Assembly (NCBI GenBank): GCA_023229825.1
Contig: JALNYN010000003.1
Span: forward strand, 16,528 to 80,527
Reading direction: 5' to 3'
Origin: Minisyncoccota bacterium
Lineage (GTDB): Bacteria > Patescibacteriota > Minisyncoccia > Phycocordibacterales > CAIJYI01
Length of the DNA: 64,000 nucleotides
In this document: positions 35,417 to 45,771 of the stretch, piece by piece
Numbering within the stretch: the stretch's first letter is position 1
Layout of the letters: the number at the start of each line of letters is the position of its first letter
Made by a program: the position numbers and the translations under genes
Notes under the pieces: model-generated
What the model saw: the letters and a program-made list of their open reading frames with translations, nothing else
Databases searched by the model: none
Told to the model about the DNA's origin: nothing

Positions 35417-37903
35417 TTATTTCTTTACAAAATCGTTCGCTTCGAGCTCCACCGTCATTCCGGTTTGGATCTCGCCGCTTATCAATTTTTCAGCGATGAC
35501 TTTTTCAATTTTATCTTTCACGGCGCGGGCCATTGGACGTCCGCCGAAAAGAGGATCAAGCCCTTCTTTAACGAGCTCATCAATAAGCACCTGATTGACG
35601 GTAAGATTGATCGAATGTTCGTCTCTCAGCCGTTTGCGCAAATTTTCACACATGATCTTTGCGACCTGAATAATATCTTTCTTTTCCAGAGGGTTGAAGA
35701 GAATGACTCCGTCGAAACGATTGAGGAGCTCCGGCTTGAGAATACCTTTTTTAATGACATCGTCGAGAATGAGCTGCTTGACCGATTGGAGACTTTCACC
35801 ATGCTGAATGGAATCATACATCATCGCGCTTCCCGCATTTGATGTGGCGATAAAAATGATATTTTTTACGTTGATCTGATGTCCGCCCATATCGGAGAAA
35901 TATCCTTCGTCGAGGATCGACAAAAAGAGATTTTGGACATCTTTGCTCGTTTTTTCAAACTCATCAAGCAGGAGTACTCCGTAAGGGAAATTTTTGACGA
36001 GCATGGAAAGCGTTCCCGGTTTGCCGAGCTCGAAAGAACCGATCAGACGGCCGACCGCGTCTTCGCTCGAGTATTCTGACATATCAAGACGCGCCATTCT
36101 GTCTTCGCTGTCGAAATAGACGGCGGCAAGCGCTTTCGCCGTTTCTGTTTTTCCTACTCCGGTCGGCCCTAAAAAGAGGAATGAGCCGATCGGTTTTTTC
36201 GGATCGCGCACTCCCGCGCGGGAACGCCGCACGGCATCGGAGATCGCTTTGACCGCATCGTTCTGTCCGACAATGCGCTTATGAAGTTCTTCTTCGAGAT
36301 TTCCCAATTTTGATTTTTCTTCCGTGCTGATCTCGCCGACCGGAATGTTCGTCTTGATGCGTACAAATTCGAGCACATCTTTTTTCTCTATGAGCGCCTT
36401 TTGTTTTTGCACCATGTACGGCGCGACCTCCATCAAAAGATCCGTGGCCTTGTTTGGCATGACGCCTTCGGTGATATAATTTTCGGCGCTTTTCAATACT
36501 TCTATAACTGCTCCATACGTGAAGAATACGCCGTATCTTCGTTCAAGAGCGAGAGCTCCTTCCTCAAGGAGACCGACGATCCGCCCGCCTTCGGGCTGTT
36601 TGACCGAGACGATCTCAAATCGAGTGGTAACCTCGCCGTTCGGAGCCAAAAGCCGGTGATATTCTTCGGTCGGGGCGAGAGCTATGATATGGATCTGGGG
36701 GGAAGAAAGATACGGATTCATGATGTCGATCACATCCGTGCCGAGCGTCCTTGCTCCCGTGACAAAAGAAGTGAAATGATCGAACACCAGTATGATATTT
36801 CCCGCTCTCGCCGCTTCATTCAAAAGACGGATCAAACGCTCCTCGAGAATACCCTTTTCTTTGGCGGAAGCGACGATAAGATTGGTGTCGACGGTAAGAA
36901 TGCGCTTGTTCTGAAGGTGCACGGGAACATCGCCGGCATCAATGCGGTAAGCGAATTCGTACACGATATCCATGATACCCGTTCCGTCTTCGCCGACGAG
37001 AAGAACATTCGCTTCTTTCACTTTCGAAAGAGCGTTCTCAACCTGCTTCACTTCCGTATCGTAATGAAGTTCGCGGTCCGACGGCGCGGCGCCTCCGATA
37101 GTGATGTCATGCGAATATTTATCAAGAGAGAAGGTGGCTCCGTATGTGAAATCCTTTCCGAGCGACCCGATCTTTTTCAGATGATCGCGGCTCCACCATC
37201 GTTCTTTGAAACGCTTATCTTCGTCGACTTTGACCGCCCATTTGACCGCACCGGTGAAATCTTTTTCTCCAACTCCTTTTTTAAAGAGAAAATCGGAAAA
37301 GTCGGGATAATTATGAAAAATGAACAGCGCAAAATCCTCCATATCGAAGACAGACGCATCGTACATATCGCCTATTGAAAGCTCAAGTATGTGTTCCCGT
37401 TTGACTAGGAAATCATTCACTTCCTCTTCCATCATGCCGCACCGCACGAGTATCTCTGAACCAAGAGAAGACTTCAAAAATGATTTTATGATGTCGCCAT
37501 TTTCCGTGTAATAAAAGATCGTCGCTACTTCGGATGACATTTCATAAGGCGCTCCCAACACCCTTCCCTGTTTCTTAATTATTTTGTAGGCGCGATTATG
37601 GAAATATATCGCGCGATAAAAACTTTCGAGCAAATAAATACAAGACCAAAAAGCGAAAAGCAAAAGAAAGACCCCCTCGATCCGAGAAAGAAACCACAGA
37701 AATGTTTTGGAATATGGATTTTGTTCGGCGGGAATGTTGAGATTGGCAAAAAAGAGCACGGCAAAAAGCATAAACGAGAACGACATGCCGAGAATAAGCC
37801 GTCGGAAAAAAACGTGCCGGAGTGCATGAGGAAACCACTGCTCCAAAACGAGGAGCGGGTAGACGGAAAGTTTTTCAATGCTCGTTTTTTCAGTGTTATC
37901 CAT
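35417..37903 (-). CDS. Clp/Hsp100-family AAA+ ATPase with N-terminal TM segments and degenerate first nucleotide-binding domain
   Basis: D2 'FLFLGPTGVGKTETAKALA' plus 'GQNDAVKAISDAVRRSRAG'; D1 Walker A replaced by 'LLVGEDGTGIMDI'; two N-terminal hydrophobic helices. Confidence 0.7.
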   Translation of the reverse strand: MDNTEKTSIEKLSVYPLLVLEQWFPHALRHVFFRRLILGMSFSFMLFAVLFFANLNIPAEQNPYSKTFLWFLSRIEGVFLLLFAFWSCIYLLESFYRAIYFHNRAYKIIKKQGRVLGAPYEMSSEVATIFYYTENGDIIKSFLKSSLGSEILVRCGMMEEEVNDFLVKREHILELSIGDMYDASVFDMEDFALFIFHNYPDFSDFLFKKGVGEKDFTGAVKWAVKVDEDKRFKERWWSRDHLKKIGSLGKDFTYGATFSLDKYSHDITIGGAAPSDRELHYDTEVKQVENALSKVKEANVLLVGEDGTGIMDIVYEFAYRIDAGDVPVHLQNKRILTVDTNLIVASAKEKGILEERLIRLLNEAARAGNIILVFDHFTSFVTGARTLGTDVIDIMNPYLSSPQIHIIALAPTEEYHRLLAPNGEVTTRFEIVSVKQPEGGRIVGLLEEGALALERRYGVFFTYGAVIEVLKSAENYITEGVMPNKATDLLMEVAPYMVQKQKALIEKKDVLEFVRIKTNIPVGEISTEEKSKLGNLEEELHKRIVGQNDAVKAISDAVRRSRAGVRDPKKPIGSFLFLGPTGVGKTETAKALAAVYFDSEDRMARLDMSEYSSEDAVGRLIGSFELGKPGTLSMLVKNFPYGVLLLDEFEKTSKDVQNLFLSILDEGYFSDMGGHQINVKNIIFIATSNAGSAMMYDSIQHGESLQSVKQLILDDVIKKGILKPELLNRFDGVILFNPLEKKDIIQVAKIMCENLRKRLRDEHSINLTVNQVLIDELVKEGLDPLFGGRPMARAVKDKIEKVIAEKLISGEIQTGMTVELEANDFVKK

Positions 37904-38321
37904 GAATGATCAAGCTAAGGCCGATAACAATAAGGGCGACGATGAATATGGGCATGATCGTCCAGATACCCAAGAGAACGAGACCGATCAAAAAGACCAA
38001 TGACGCAAAGGTCAGCCCTATCGTAATAACCAAAAGACGCACCACCGCCCCGACGATGCGCATAAGGATATTGACGACCAATATCTGGAGGATCATCTTG
38101 AAATCAAAAACTTTCGGATAGTCTTCCCCCATTCGTCTCCACGGTTTGAGTAGTGAGCCGAAAAGCTCGCTTATGGAAAAGAAGTTGAAACAAAACCAAA
38201 GAAAATTCGTCCAGACACCGTAAATGTCTTTATACGCTTGACCGTAATGCCACGATAAATAGTGCTCAAGCAAAGAGATCAGTTTGGCACGGGGAACGTT
38301 CATGAGGTTATTATAACACAA
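37896..38321 (-). CDS. hypothetical polytopic membrane protein, co-transcribed with the Clp-like gene (8-nt overlap)
   Basis: ORF track; long hydrophobic C-terminus. Confidence 0.35.
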   Translation of the reverse strand: MCYNNLMNVPRAKLISLLEHYLSWHYGQAYKDIYGVWTNFLWFCFNFFSISELFGSLLKPWRRMGEDYPKVFDFKMILQILVVNILMRIVGAVVRLLVITIGLTFASLVFLIGLVLLGIWTIMPIFIVALIVIGLSLIIHG

Positions 38322-38436
38322 CTAAAAGATTTTTCGGAGCAAAGGTGTGGAAAGAAACGACAAGCTGATAGCTTATAGCTTTTAGGTTATAGCTTATAGA
38401 CACACGGACGGCGTAAACTATAAGCTATAAGCTTTA

Positions 38437-39381
38437 CTATGTGGTCGGCATGGACTCAAGAGGTACCGCAATTGGAGTGGTAGTACTGCTTTCTTCTGTT
38501 GGGGTCATCGGCGTTTCCGGCTCTTGCCCTTTTTGTTTGTAAAATAATTTATTGCCGAAACGGAAATCGAGATATTCGAGAGGTTCGGGGTTTTCATCGC
38601 CGGAAACGAACGAACCGTCTTTCCAGCTTGGTGAGCGGAAAAGCGCCGCCATATTTGATATTATGGCATCGACGTTTTGATCCGTATTCCACTTGATGGC
38701 GAAACCTTTCGGGTCGAAAAATTCCGCATAGCCTTCAGATCCGAAATACAGATTGTCGGCAGATATGCGATCTTCGGAAAGGAATTTTTGGAGCTTCAGC
38801 ACTTTGACGAAGACTTCGGGCGCGACCAAATATTGTCCAAGCGGATCGCCCGCCTTTTTTGATCCGGTCCCGTAAAGGGTAAAATACGCATCGCCGGAAA
38901 AACGGGGGGATTCAAAAAAAATGTATCCTGTTTTGTCGACATAGTAGCATTTTTGGATCGATACGGCCGTGATGTCAGGTTTGCTCGCTCCGCACCAGAT
39001 AGCGATCGGTTCGCGCTCGCTAAGATCGATCGCAAGGCGTTTTGAGTCGCCCACGGATATCATCACCGCGGCCATCGCCGGAAACGATTCAAAAAGATCC
39101 GCTTTCATTTGCGCTTTCGGATACAAAAGCACATTCCTTTTCGGAAAAAACAAATAATAATTTCCTGACAAATATTTTTCCGCTTTTTTCTTTATATCTT
39201 CCTCTGAAAGGATCTTCGCTCCTCGAACGGTAACGCCGGTTATCTGGAAGGTCGGGAAGGTAAAGAATTTTACGATACCCCATGCGAGACATGCCACAAC
39301 CGCAAAAACAGCAGCCGCCACAAATTTGGTTCTTTTCTTTTGCGCTCTCTTTTTTTTGGGCGATTGAAGAGTTGTGTGCAT
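38437..39381 (-). CDS. ftsQ: cell division protein FtsQ/DivIB (POTRA domain); start taken at 'MHTTLQSPKKK', track ORF extends to 39549
   Basis: Single TM, then 'FQITGVTVRGAKILSEEDI' POTRA-like. Confidence 0.55.
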   Translation of the reverse strand: MHTTLQSPKKKRAQKKRTKFVAAAVFAVVACLAWGIVKFFTFPTFQITGVTVRGAKILSEEDIKKKAEKYLSGNYYLFFPKRNVLLYPKAQMKADLFESFPAMAAVMISVGDSKRLAIDLSEREPIAIWCGASKPDITAVSIQKCYYVDKTGYIFFESPRFSGDAYFTLYGTGSKKAGDPLGQYLVAPEVFVKVLKLQKFLSEDRISADNLYFGSEGYAEFFDPKGFAIKWNTDQNVDAIISNMAALFRSPSWKDGSFVSGDENPEPLEYLDFRFGNKLFYKQKGQEPETPMTPTEESSTTTPIAVPLESMPTT

Positions 39382-39597
39382 GACGCGTTGATAGATAATA
39401 GAGAATAGAAAATTGAGAATGGATTCTTCGTCGTTCCTCGTCGCCGGAGCGGGTTTGTAACCCGCTCCGGAACGTTTGTACTTCATTATGAATTTTGTGA
39501 TGAGTTCGAAAAAAGTGATATATTCCAAACGTTTCGGTTCGGGGTACAACCCCGAACCGGCGACGAGACGGCGGGAGTGTTTTCTGTAATCTTAAAT

Positions 39598-40875
39598 CTA
39601 TTCTCTATTTTCAATTTTCGTGATCGTCTCCTTTCCCATCCATTTTATGAGCGCCTTTGGAATTTTGATGCTTCCGTCGGACTGCTGATGATTTTCTATG
39701 AACGGAATGAGCGCTCTCGGAAGCGCGAGTGCGGTATTGTTCAGGGAATGGGCAAAGCGGAGTTTTCCGGCTTCGTCTTTGTAGCGAATACCCAAGCGGC
39801 GCGTCTGGAAATCGTGGAAGTATGAACAGGAATGCGTTTCCCGGTATTTTTGTTCGGATGGTACCCACGCTTCGATATCGTATTTTTTCACTTGGCCCTG
39901 TCCAAGATCGCCGCCGCAGTTGATGACCACGTGGTACGGGATCTCGAGCGCCTGCAAAATATCTTCCGCGTTTTGACGGAGCTCCTCATGATAGTCCACG
40001 GAGGTCTGATGGCTCGCTTCGCAGAGAATGACCTGCTCCCATTTCATAAATTCGTGAACGCGCATAAGCCCTTTGGTGTCTTTTCCCGCCGCACCCGCTT
40101 CCCTTCTGAAACATGGCGAAAACGCGAGCATCTTTATCGGGAATTTTCCTTCCGGCAAAACTTCATTCATGTAAAAGCCCATCGCCGCAACCTCTCCGGT
40201 ACCCGCGAGATAGGTTTGGTCTTGCGTATGATAGGTGTCCTCTTCTCCGCCCGGCAAATATCCGGTTCCCATCATCGTTTCTTTTTTTACGTGCGACGGA
40301 ACGAACATCGGTGCGAATCCGCGAGCAGAAAGAATTTCAACGACCAAGTTGAAAATGGCAAGTTCCAATCTTACCGCATCGTTTTTCAAGAAATATCCGC
40401 GGTAACCGGCGACTTTCGATCCGCGTTCAAAATCAACCATGTCGAGCGCGCTCATCAAATCGATATGGCTTTTCGGTTCGAAATCAAATTTCGGAATTTC
40501 TCCCCATGTTGATACTTCTTTGTTGTCAGCGTCGGAATCTCCTTCCGGCACGGAAATATCGGGAATGTTTGGAACGGCAAGCATGAGGGTCTGCCATTCT
40601 TTCATGACTTCGCGAAGGGCTTCTTCTTTCTTCTCCATGTCATCTTTCATCGCTTTGGATTCGGCGATCAATACCGGCCTTTCTTCGGGGGTGGCGCTCG
40701 GGATCTTGTCGGAAATGGCGTTCTGGTCCGCCCGCAGTGTTTCAAGATTTTGAAGCGCGACCTTGCGTCTGTCATCCGTTTCGATCAGTTTGGCCACATC
40801 AAATTCGATGTGTTTTTTCTTCCCCGCCAAGGTTATGAGGTCCGCATTTTCACGGATGAATTTTATATCCAGCAT
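39598..40875 (-). CDS. serS: seryl-tRNA synthetase
   Basis: 'MLDIKFIRENADLI' start, class II motifs ('FRREAG','GSALA-like'). Confidence 0.9.
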   Translation of the reverse strand: MLDIKFIRENADLITLAGKKKHIEFDVAKLIETDDRRKVALQNLETLRADQNAISDKIPSATPEERPVLIAESKAMKDDMEKKEEALREVMKEWQTLMLAVPNIPDISVPEGDSDADNKEVSTWGEIPKFDFEPKSHIDLMSALDMVDFERGSKVAGYRGYFLKNDAVRLELAIFNLVVEILSARGFAPMFVPSHVKKETMMGTGYLPGGEEDTYHTQDQTYLAGTGEVAAMGFYMNEVLPEGKFPIKMLAFSPCFRREAGAAGKDTKGLMRVHEFMKWEQVILCEASHQTSVDYHEELRQNAEDILQALEIPYHVVINCGGDLGQGQVKKYDIEAWVPSEQKYRETHSCSYFHDFQTRRLGIRYKDEAGKLRFAHSLNNTALALPRALIPFIENHQQSDGSIKIPKALIKWMGKETITKIENRE

Positions 40876-41177
40876 ATGATGTATTTGCTTTTATTTACAA
40901 AGATTATTGTTTTATTTAAACGTGTCGTTTTTTATCGAATCTGCGCGGTCAAAAAATTTCCAATTATCAATTTCCAATTTCTAATAAAATGCATAATGTC
41001 AAAAAAGTATTTATACTTTGTTTTATAAGAAATTGGATATTTGGAATATATATGATGTTATAATATCATTTTTTGCCAAAATAACAAACAAATGCGGAAA
41101 AACTTGCATTTGTTTGTTATTTATGTTATTGTGCACTGAGCAATTTTGCACATCACAAAAAACAGAAGGAGTAAAGA

Positions 41178-41438
41178 ATGCCAAATAAAAAATATCCCGT
41201 TGATTTTCAAAGAAGGGTTATTGATGAATTTCCGGATTGCCCTGATTTACACGAAGCGCTAAAATCCGGAAGTGATATCGTTGGTCGTTATCTCAGCGAT
41301 GCCAGTACGGGCGGCATCCGTGCCGAAGATATTGTAAATGCTTTTAAGAATAATGAGCATGAAAAAGTTTTAGAACAGGCAGAAAAGATGTTGCGGATCA
41401 GAGATCTTTGGAAAGAATGGCGGACCCTGAGATTATAA
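41178..41438 (+). CDS. hypothetical protein (86 aa)
   Basis: RBS 'gaaggagtaaagaATG'; terminator at 41445-41468. Confidence 0.4.
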   Translation: MPNKKYPVDFQRRVIDEFPDCPDLHEALKSGSDIVGRYLSDASTGGIRAEDIVNAFKNNEHEKVLEQAEKMLRIRDLWKEWRTLRL

Positions 41439-41444
41439 GTACAA

Positions 41445-41468
41445 AGCCCGCGCTCGCGGGTTTTTTTC
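41445..41468 (+). terminator. rho-independent terminator
   Basis: 'agcccgcgctcgcgggt' plus T7. Confidence 0.7.
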
Positions 41469-41568
41469 TTGTGATTTTTTACAAGGACTAACCTTGTAAA
41501 TCGGAAAATCTTGCTTTTTGTATATATTTATGTTATAACAAAATCAGTAATTTTGCACACTAAAAACA

Positions 41569-42018
41569 ATGAAGGTAATGGAAATGAATAACATATCGAT
41601 CGAAGATGTGAAAAAAGCAACAAACGCGTATGTAAAAATACAAGAAGACGAGTTGGAAAAACTTAGAAAAGAGGAAGAGGAAGCAAAGACAAGAGCTGAA
41701 GGAATATTGAAGTTTTTTAAAGAAATAGAAACTATGGAAGGTATCAATGATATCAAAAAACTTCTTGAGGTAAATCCCTTAAGAAGAATCGATTTATTCT
41801 CCAAAGAGCTATTCTCAGAACACGACCGAACGAGTTGTTCCTTTGATAAGGACGGGTTCAACCATTTTATAAATGACCGCGAACGGTTTGATGGTTCTCA
41901 ATTGGCAACAAATCGAGAAATAGCTGCGGTTCTTGCCGAAAGGGGTTACACCGGAGAACAATTGTCCGAAAAGTTCTTTACAGCACTGAATGCTATCGTC
42001 TCAAACGCTTCGGCATAG
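41569..42018 (+). CDS. hypothetical protein (149 aa), coiled-coil N-terminus
   Basis: ORF track; shares a 5'-UTR motif with the upstream gene. Confidence 0.4.
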   Translation: MKVMEMNNISIEDVKKATNAYVKIQEDELEKLRKEEEEAKTRAEGILKFFKEIETMEGINDIKKLLEVNPLRRIDLFSKELFSEHDRTSCSFDKDGFNHFINDRERFDGSQLATNREIAAVLAERGYTGEQLSEKFFTALNAIVSNASA

Positions 42019-42116
42019 ATGAAACAGCGCTTACCTTGGGTGGCGCTGTTTTTTTATAAGAGCGTACCCTGTTTTACCGCCTCCGTTCGAAATATTTTGA
42101 TCTACCATTTTCGGTG

Positions 42117-42182
42117 TTCTCTTCAAACGTTTCGGACGGGAGTACAACTCCCGTCCGGCGACGAGCAACTCCCGTCCGGCAC
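42117..42182. repeat. family-A palindromic repeat (consensus CCAAACGTTTCGGACGGGG-ttataaa-CCCCGTCCGGCGAC), tandem unit
   Basis: Other copies at about 622-650, 809-860, 9861-9940, 10005-10048, 32223-32262, 32317-32358, 35256-35293, 39437-39478, 39524-39566, 47573-47618, 59351-59402, 59462-59508, 59862-59905. Confidence 0.8.
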
Positions 42183-42201
42183 ACACCTACACTTGATACA
42201 C

Positions 42202-43653
42202 TTAGTCGTATACTTCGAACAATCGAGTTTTTCGATTTACATCCAGGCCGCCGCCGCGCATGAATTCTACTATCCTTCTATCCATGATGATGTGGCGTTT
42301 TTCTATTTTTTTGGCGAGTGTCAGACCTTCGAGGCTGGTGCATCTTGAGAGCGCGACGTAGGTTTGCCCGTGTGCGAAGGTGCCGGTGTCGATATCGAGC
42401 ACGACCTTTTCAAATGTTTTTCCCTGGCTTTTGTGGATCGTTACGGCCCATGCGAGTTTGAGCGGATACTGACGGAAAGACCCGACGGCTTCCGGAACGA
42501 TCTGGGCGGAATCGTTGACGTAAAATTGATAGATCTCCCACGTGAAGGGCTCGACTTGGACGAGATCGCCGTCGTTTAATTTCACCTCCAAAATATCTCC
42601 GTTGAAATCTTTGGTGCGGGAAACGATCTTTCCGATGCTTCCATTTACCCACCTTCCGCGGATATCGTTGTTGAGCATCATTATTTGTGCGCCAACCTTG
42701 AGGCGCAGCTTCCCTTCCGTCGGAAACTGGTTTTCTTGAAAATCTCCGTCCGTTTTTGCTTTGTATGAAAATTCGGTTCCCGCGAGCCGTTTCAATTCCG
42801 CCTCGTTTATTTCCGCCACTTTTCGGTTCGTCGGCGCGAGATACACGGAAAAATCGCTTCCCGGCTTATGCTTATAGCCGGGAATATGCCGCGCATTCAG
42901 ATCTTCCAGTTCCCGAAACCCGATCGAGTTATCACGAACGGCGTTTAAAATTTTTATGAAAGAGAGATCTTTCTGGCGATAGATCTTCTCGAGCTCGACC
43001 GTTTCAAATTCGACATCGGCAAGCGACCGCGCGCTGAAAAAATACGGGCTTCCGTAATATTCGTTCATCATTTCTTCCTCTTCTCGTCCGACAACGGGAG
43101 GCAGTTGATACAGGTCGCCGATAAAGATCATCTGCACGCCGCCGAACGGTTCAGCCTTGCGATCGCGATTGAGGCGGAGTGCGCGATCCACGCAGTCGAG
43201 CAGATCGGCGCGGACCATTGAGATCTCGTCGATCACGATGGCGTGCAGCTCCTCGTAAATATTTTTTTGTTCTTTGTCCGCGCGGCGTTTGACCGTAGCG
43301 GGAGTGATGCCGGGTTTGAATTTAAAAAAGGAATGGATCGTTTGTCCGCGAACGTTGAGAGCCGCAACTCCGGTAGGCGCCAAGACGACGATCTTCTTTT
43401 TCGTATGTTCGCGGAAATATTCGAGCAGCGTGGATTTTCCCGTACCCGCGCGTCCGGTCACAAAAACGCTTTTGGTGCCGTGTTCCATGACATCGAGCGC
43501 CTTTTGGAAAGAGTCGTTGATCTCGACATTAAAATTTTTTTTCGACGAAGCATTGGGTTTTATATCATTTTTCTTTCCCTGCGTAGCTTTTAGCGAAGCA
43601 GAGGGCTGATTTTTATGAAGAGAAACTCTCCGAAGCGGTGTTCTTTTTAGCAT
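42202..43653 (-). CDS. Pif1/RecD-like SF1B DNA helicase
   Basis: 'VFVTGRAGTGKSTLL','VLAPTGVAALNVRGQTIHSFF','TIHKSQGKTF'. Confidence 0.75.
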   Translation of the reverse strand: MLKRTPLRRVSLHKNQPSASLKATQGKKNDIKPNASSKKNFNVEINDSFQKALDVMEHGTKSVFVTGRAGTGKSTLLEYFREHTKKKIVVLAPTGVAALNVRGQTIHSFFKFKPGITPATVKRRADKEQKNIYEELHAIVIDEISMVRADLLDCVDRALRLNRDRKAEPFGGVQMIFIGDLYQLPPVVGREEEEMMNEYYGSPYFFSARSLADVEFETVELEKIYRQKDLSFIKILNAVRDNSIGFRELEDLNARHIPGYKHKPGSDFSVYLAPTNRKVAEINEAELKRLAGTEFSYKAKTDGDFQENQFPTEGKLRLKVGAQIMMLNNDIRGRWVNGSIGKIVSRTKDFNGDILEVKLNDGDLVQVEPFTWEIYQFYVNDSAQIVPEAVGSFRQYPLKLAWAVTIHKSQGKTFEKVVLDIDTGTFAHGQTYVALSRCTSLEGLTLAKKIEKRHIIMDRRIVEFMRGGGLDVNRKTRLFEVYD

Positions 43654-43717
43654 TCGGACAGTATAACATAAATGATATTATTATAAAAAATGCCCAGCGG
43701 GAAAGCCGGGCATGAGA

Positions 43718-45106
43718 TCATAATTCGGGATAATTCCCGGTAAAGCAGGCGTTGCAAAAACGGGTCTTTTCCTTGGGGTAATTCTGTTCCCCGAGCGCAT
43801 AATGCAAACCTTCAAGAGAAATGAATGCGAGCGAGTCGGCGTTGAAAAATTTTCGCATCTCTTCGATATCCATTTTTGATGCGATCAACTCGTTGTCTGA
43901 CGGTGTGTCTATTCCGTACACGCAATGATGCCGAAATGGAGGACTCGCGATACGGATATGAACTTCTTTCGCGCCGGCGTCCCGAACCATTTTTACCAGC
44001 AGTTTGAAAGTTGTTCCGCGCACGATCGAATCATCGACGAGGATAACTTTCTTTCCAAAAAGAACGCCGTTGTCGGTGCAATATTTTCTCCGCGCGCCGT
44101 CTTCCCGAAGCGCTTCTGACGGCTGTATAAATGTCCTTGCCGTATAGCTTCGTTTCCTGATAAGTCCCCGTTTCAAACGCAAACCGAGGACTTTCGCATA
44201 TCCCTCAGCCGCGCCGATTCCCGATTCAGGAACAGGCGAAACAAAGTAAACATCGGAAGCCGATAAACCGTCCGGAAGATCGTATTTTACCGGAGATTCT
44301 TTAGCGAGAATTTTTCCGATGCGATAGCGCGATGCGGAAACCTGCAAATCGTCTACCAGACTATCGGGACGGGCAAAATATACCTGTCTGAAAATGCAAT
44401 GAGCACACGCCTTTTTCTCAAAAGGAAACAGGCTCAAAAAACCAAATTCTGAAATATCGATCATTTCACCGGGCTTGATCTCACGGATGAATTCCGCGCC
44501 GATCTCATTCAATGCGCACGTTTCTGTGGCGAGCAGATAGCACCCGTCCTTTTTCCCCAAAGATAACGGGTGAAAACCGCGAGGGTCGCGCACGCCGATA
44601 ATGTGCCGGTTTTCCGTAAGGATCACCAGCGAATAGGCTCCCTTCACTTTTCCGAGCGCATCAACCAAACTTTCCATAAACGTCTCTTTTCCGCTCTTTG
44701 CGATCAGGTCGAGGATCACTTCCGTATCGCTCGTCGATTGAAACCTGCTGCCGCTTCGCAAATTGTCGGTGCGAATCGCATCGGCGTTCAGCAAATTGCC
44801 GTTGTGGGCGATGCCAATCCCGCCGAACCGCGTCTCGCTGAAACATGGCTGGGCGTTGCGGAGATGATTGCCCCCGCTTGTCGAATACCGGACATGTCCG
44901 ATCGCGACCGATCCCGCGAGCCGAGCAAGGATTGCAGAATCCACGTTCACAAAACCACGATCTCGGTGAGAGTGAAATCGCTCTCCGTTTCCTTCATAAC
45001 TAAGGATACCAAACGCTTCCTGTCCACAATGCTGAAGAGCGACAAGCCCCGAAACTACCAGCGACGCCGCGTCATTTTTCGAAAATGCGCCTATTATTCC
45101 ACACAT
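43718..45106 (-). CDS. purF: amidophosphoribosyltransferase
   Basis: 'MCGIIGAF' N-terminal nucleophile Cys; PRTase motif 'VILVDDSIVRGTT'. Confidence 0.9.
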   Translation of the reverse strand: MCGIIGAFSKNDAASLVVSGLVALQHCGQEAFGILSYEGNGERFHSHRDRGFVNVDSAILARLAGSVAIGHVRYSTSGGNHLRNAQPCFSETRFGGIGIAHNGNLLNADAIRTDNLRSGSRFQSTSDTEVILDLIAKSGKETFMESLVDALGKVKGAYSLVILTENRHIIGVRDPRGFHPLSLGKKDGCYLLATETCALNEIGAEFIREIKPGEMIDISEFGFLSLFPFEKKACAHCIFRQVYFARPDSLVDDLQVSASRYRIGKILAKESPVKYDLPDGLSASDVYFVSPVPESGIGAAEGYAKVLGLRLKRGLIRKRSYTARTFIQPSEALREDGARRKYCTDNGVLFGKKVILVDDSIVRGTTFKLLVKMVRDAGAKEVHIRIASPPFRHHCVYGIDTPSDNELIASKMDIEEMRKFFNADSLAFISLEGLHYALGEQNYPKEKTRFCNACFTGNYPEL

Positions 45107-45201
45107 TTTTTACCTCCTTTGTTGTTCAAAAAACAAATACAAACTGCAGTATAAAACAAAAAGAGCGAAATGGGAAGCCCACCTCGCTCTTTTCCCTATA
45201 T

Positions 45202-45771
45202 TTATTGCGCGAATCTTTCCTCAACTTTCTTCCAATCGATCGCCTGCCAAAAGGCTTCGACATAGTCGGCGCGGCGGAGTCCGTAATCGAGCATGAAGGC
45301 ATGTTCAAAAACATCCATGACGAGAAGCGGGGCCGTTCCGGACAAAAGTCCGACATCGTGTTCGTTGACCCAGATATTGAAAAGTCTTCCCTCTTCCTTG
45401 TGATACGCGAGGATCACCCAGCCGATGCCCCGCATGGCTCCGGTGGCGCGAAAATCTTTTTCCCAATTTTCGTATGAACCGAAACGTTCGGCGATCTTCT
45501 TGTACAGTTCGCCGTCTTCCGGAAACGGCTGATTTTCGACGGAGAGATTTTCAAAATACAGTTCATGCAAATGCATCCCGTTCCATTCCCACGCAAAGCG
45601 GCGTTTGAGTTCGGAATATTCGGGAGAGCCCACCTCGATGGTTTCCGATTTTTCCGCAAGTTTGTTCACATTCGCCACATATCCGCCATAAAGCGTAAAA
45701 TGATTTTTTAACAGCGCGTCGCTGAATCCGGCAAGTCCGAGCAGGTGCTCATAATTTTTTGGTTCGTACAT
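45202..45771 (-). CDS. sodA: Fe/Mn superoxide dismutase family protein
   Basis: 'DVFEHAFMLDYG' (DxWEHAYY-like), 'WNGMHLHELYF'; N-terminal metal-ligand region somewhat divergent. Confidence 0.65.
   Translation of the reverse strand: MYEPKNYEHLLGLAGFSDALLKNHFTLYGGYVANVNKLAEKSETIEVGSPEYSELKRRFAWEWNGMHLHELYFENLSVENQPFPEDGELYKKIAERFGSYENWEKDFRATGAMRGIGWVILAYHKEEGRLFNIWVNEHDVGLLSGTAPLLVMDVFEHAFMLDYGLRRADYVEAFWQAIDWKKVEERFAQ

Noticed and set aside
36401-37378. 325-aa ORF antisense to the Clp-like ATPase
   Set aside because: Embedded antisense ORF
39832-40512. 226-aa ORF antisense to serS
   Set aside because: Embedded antisense ORF
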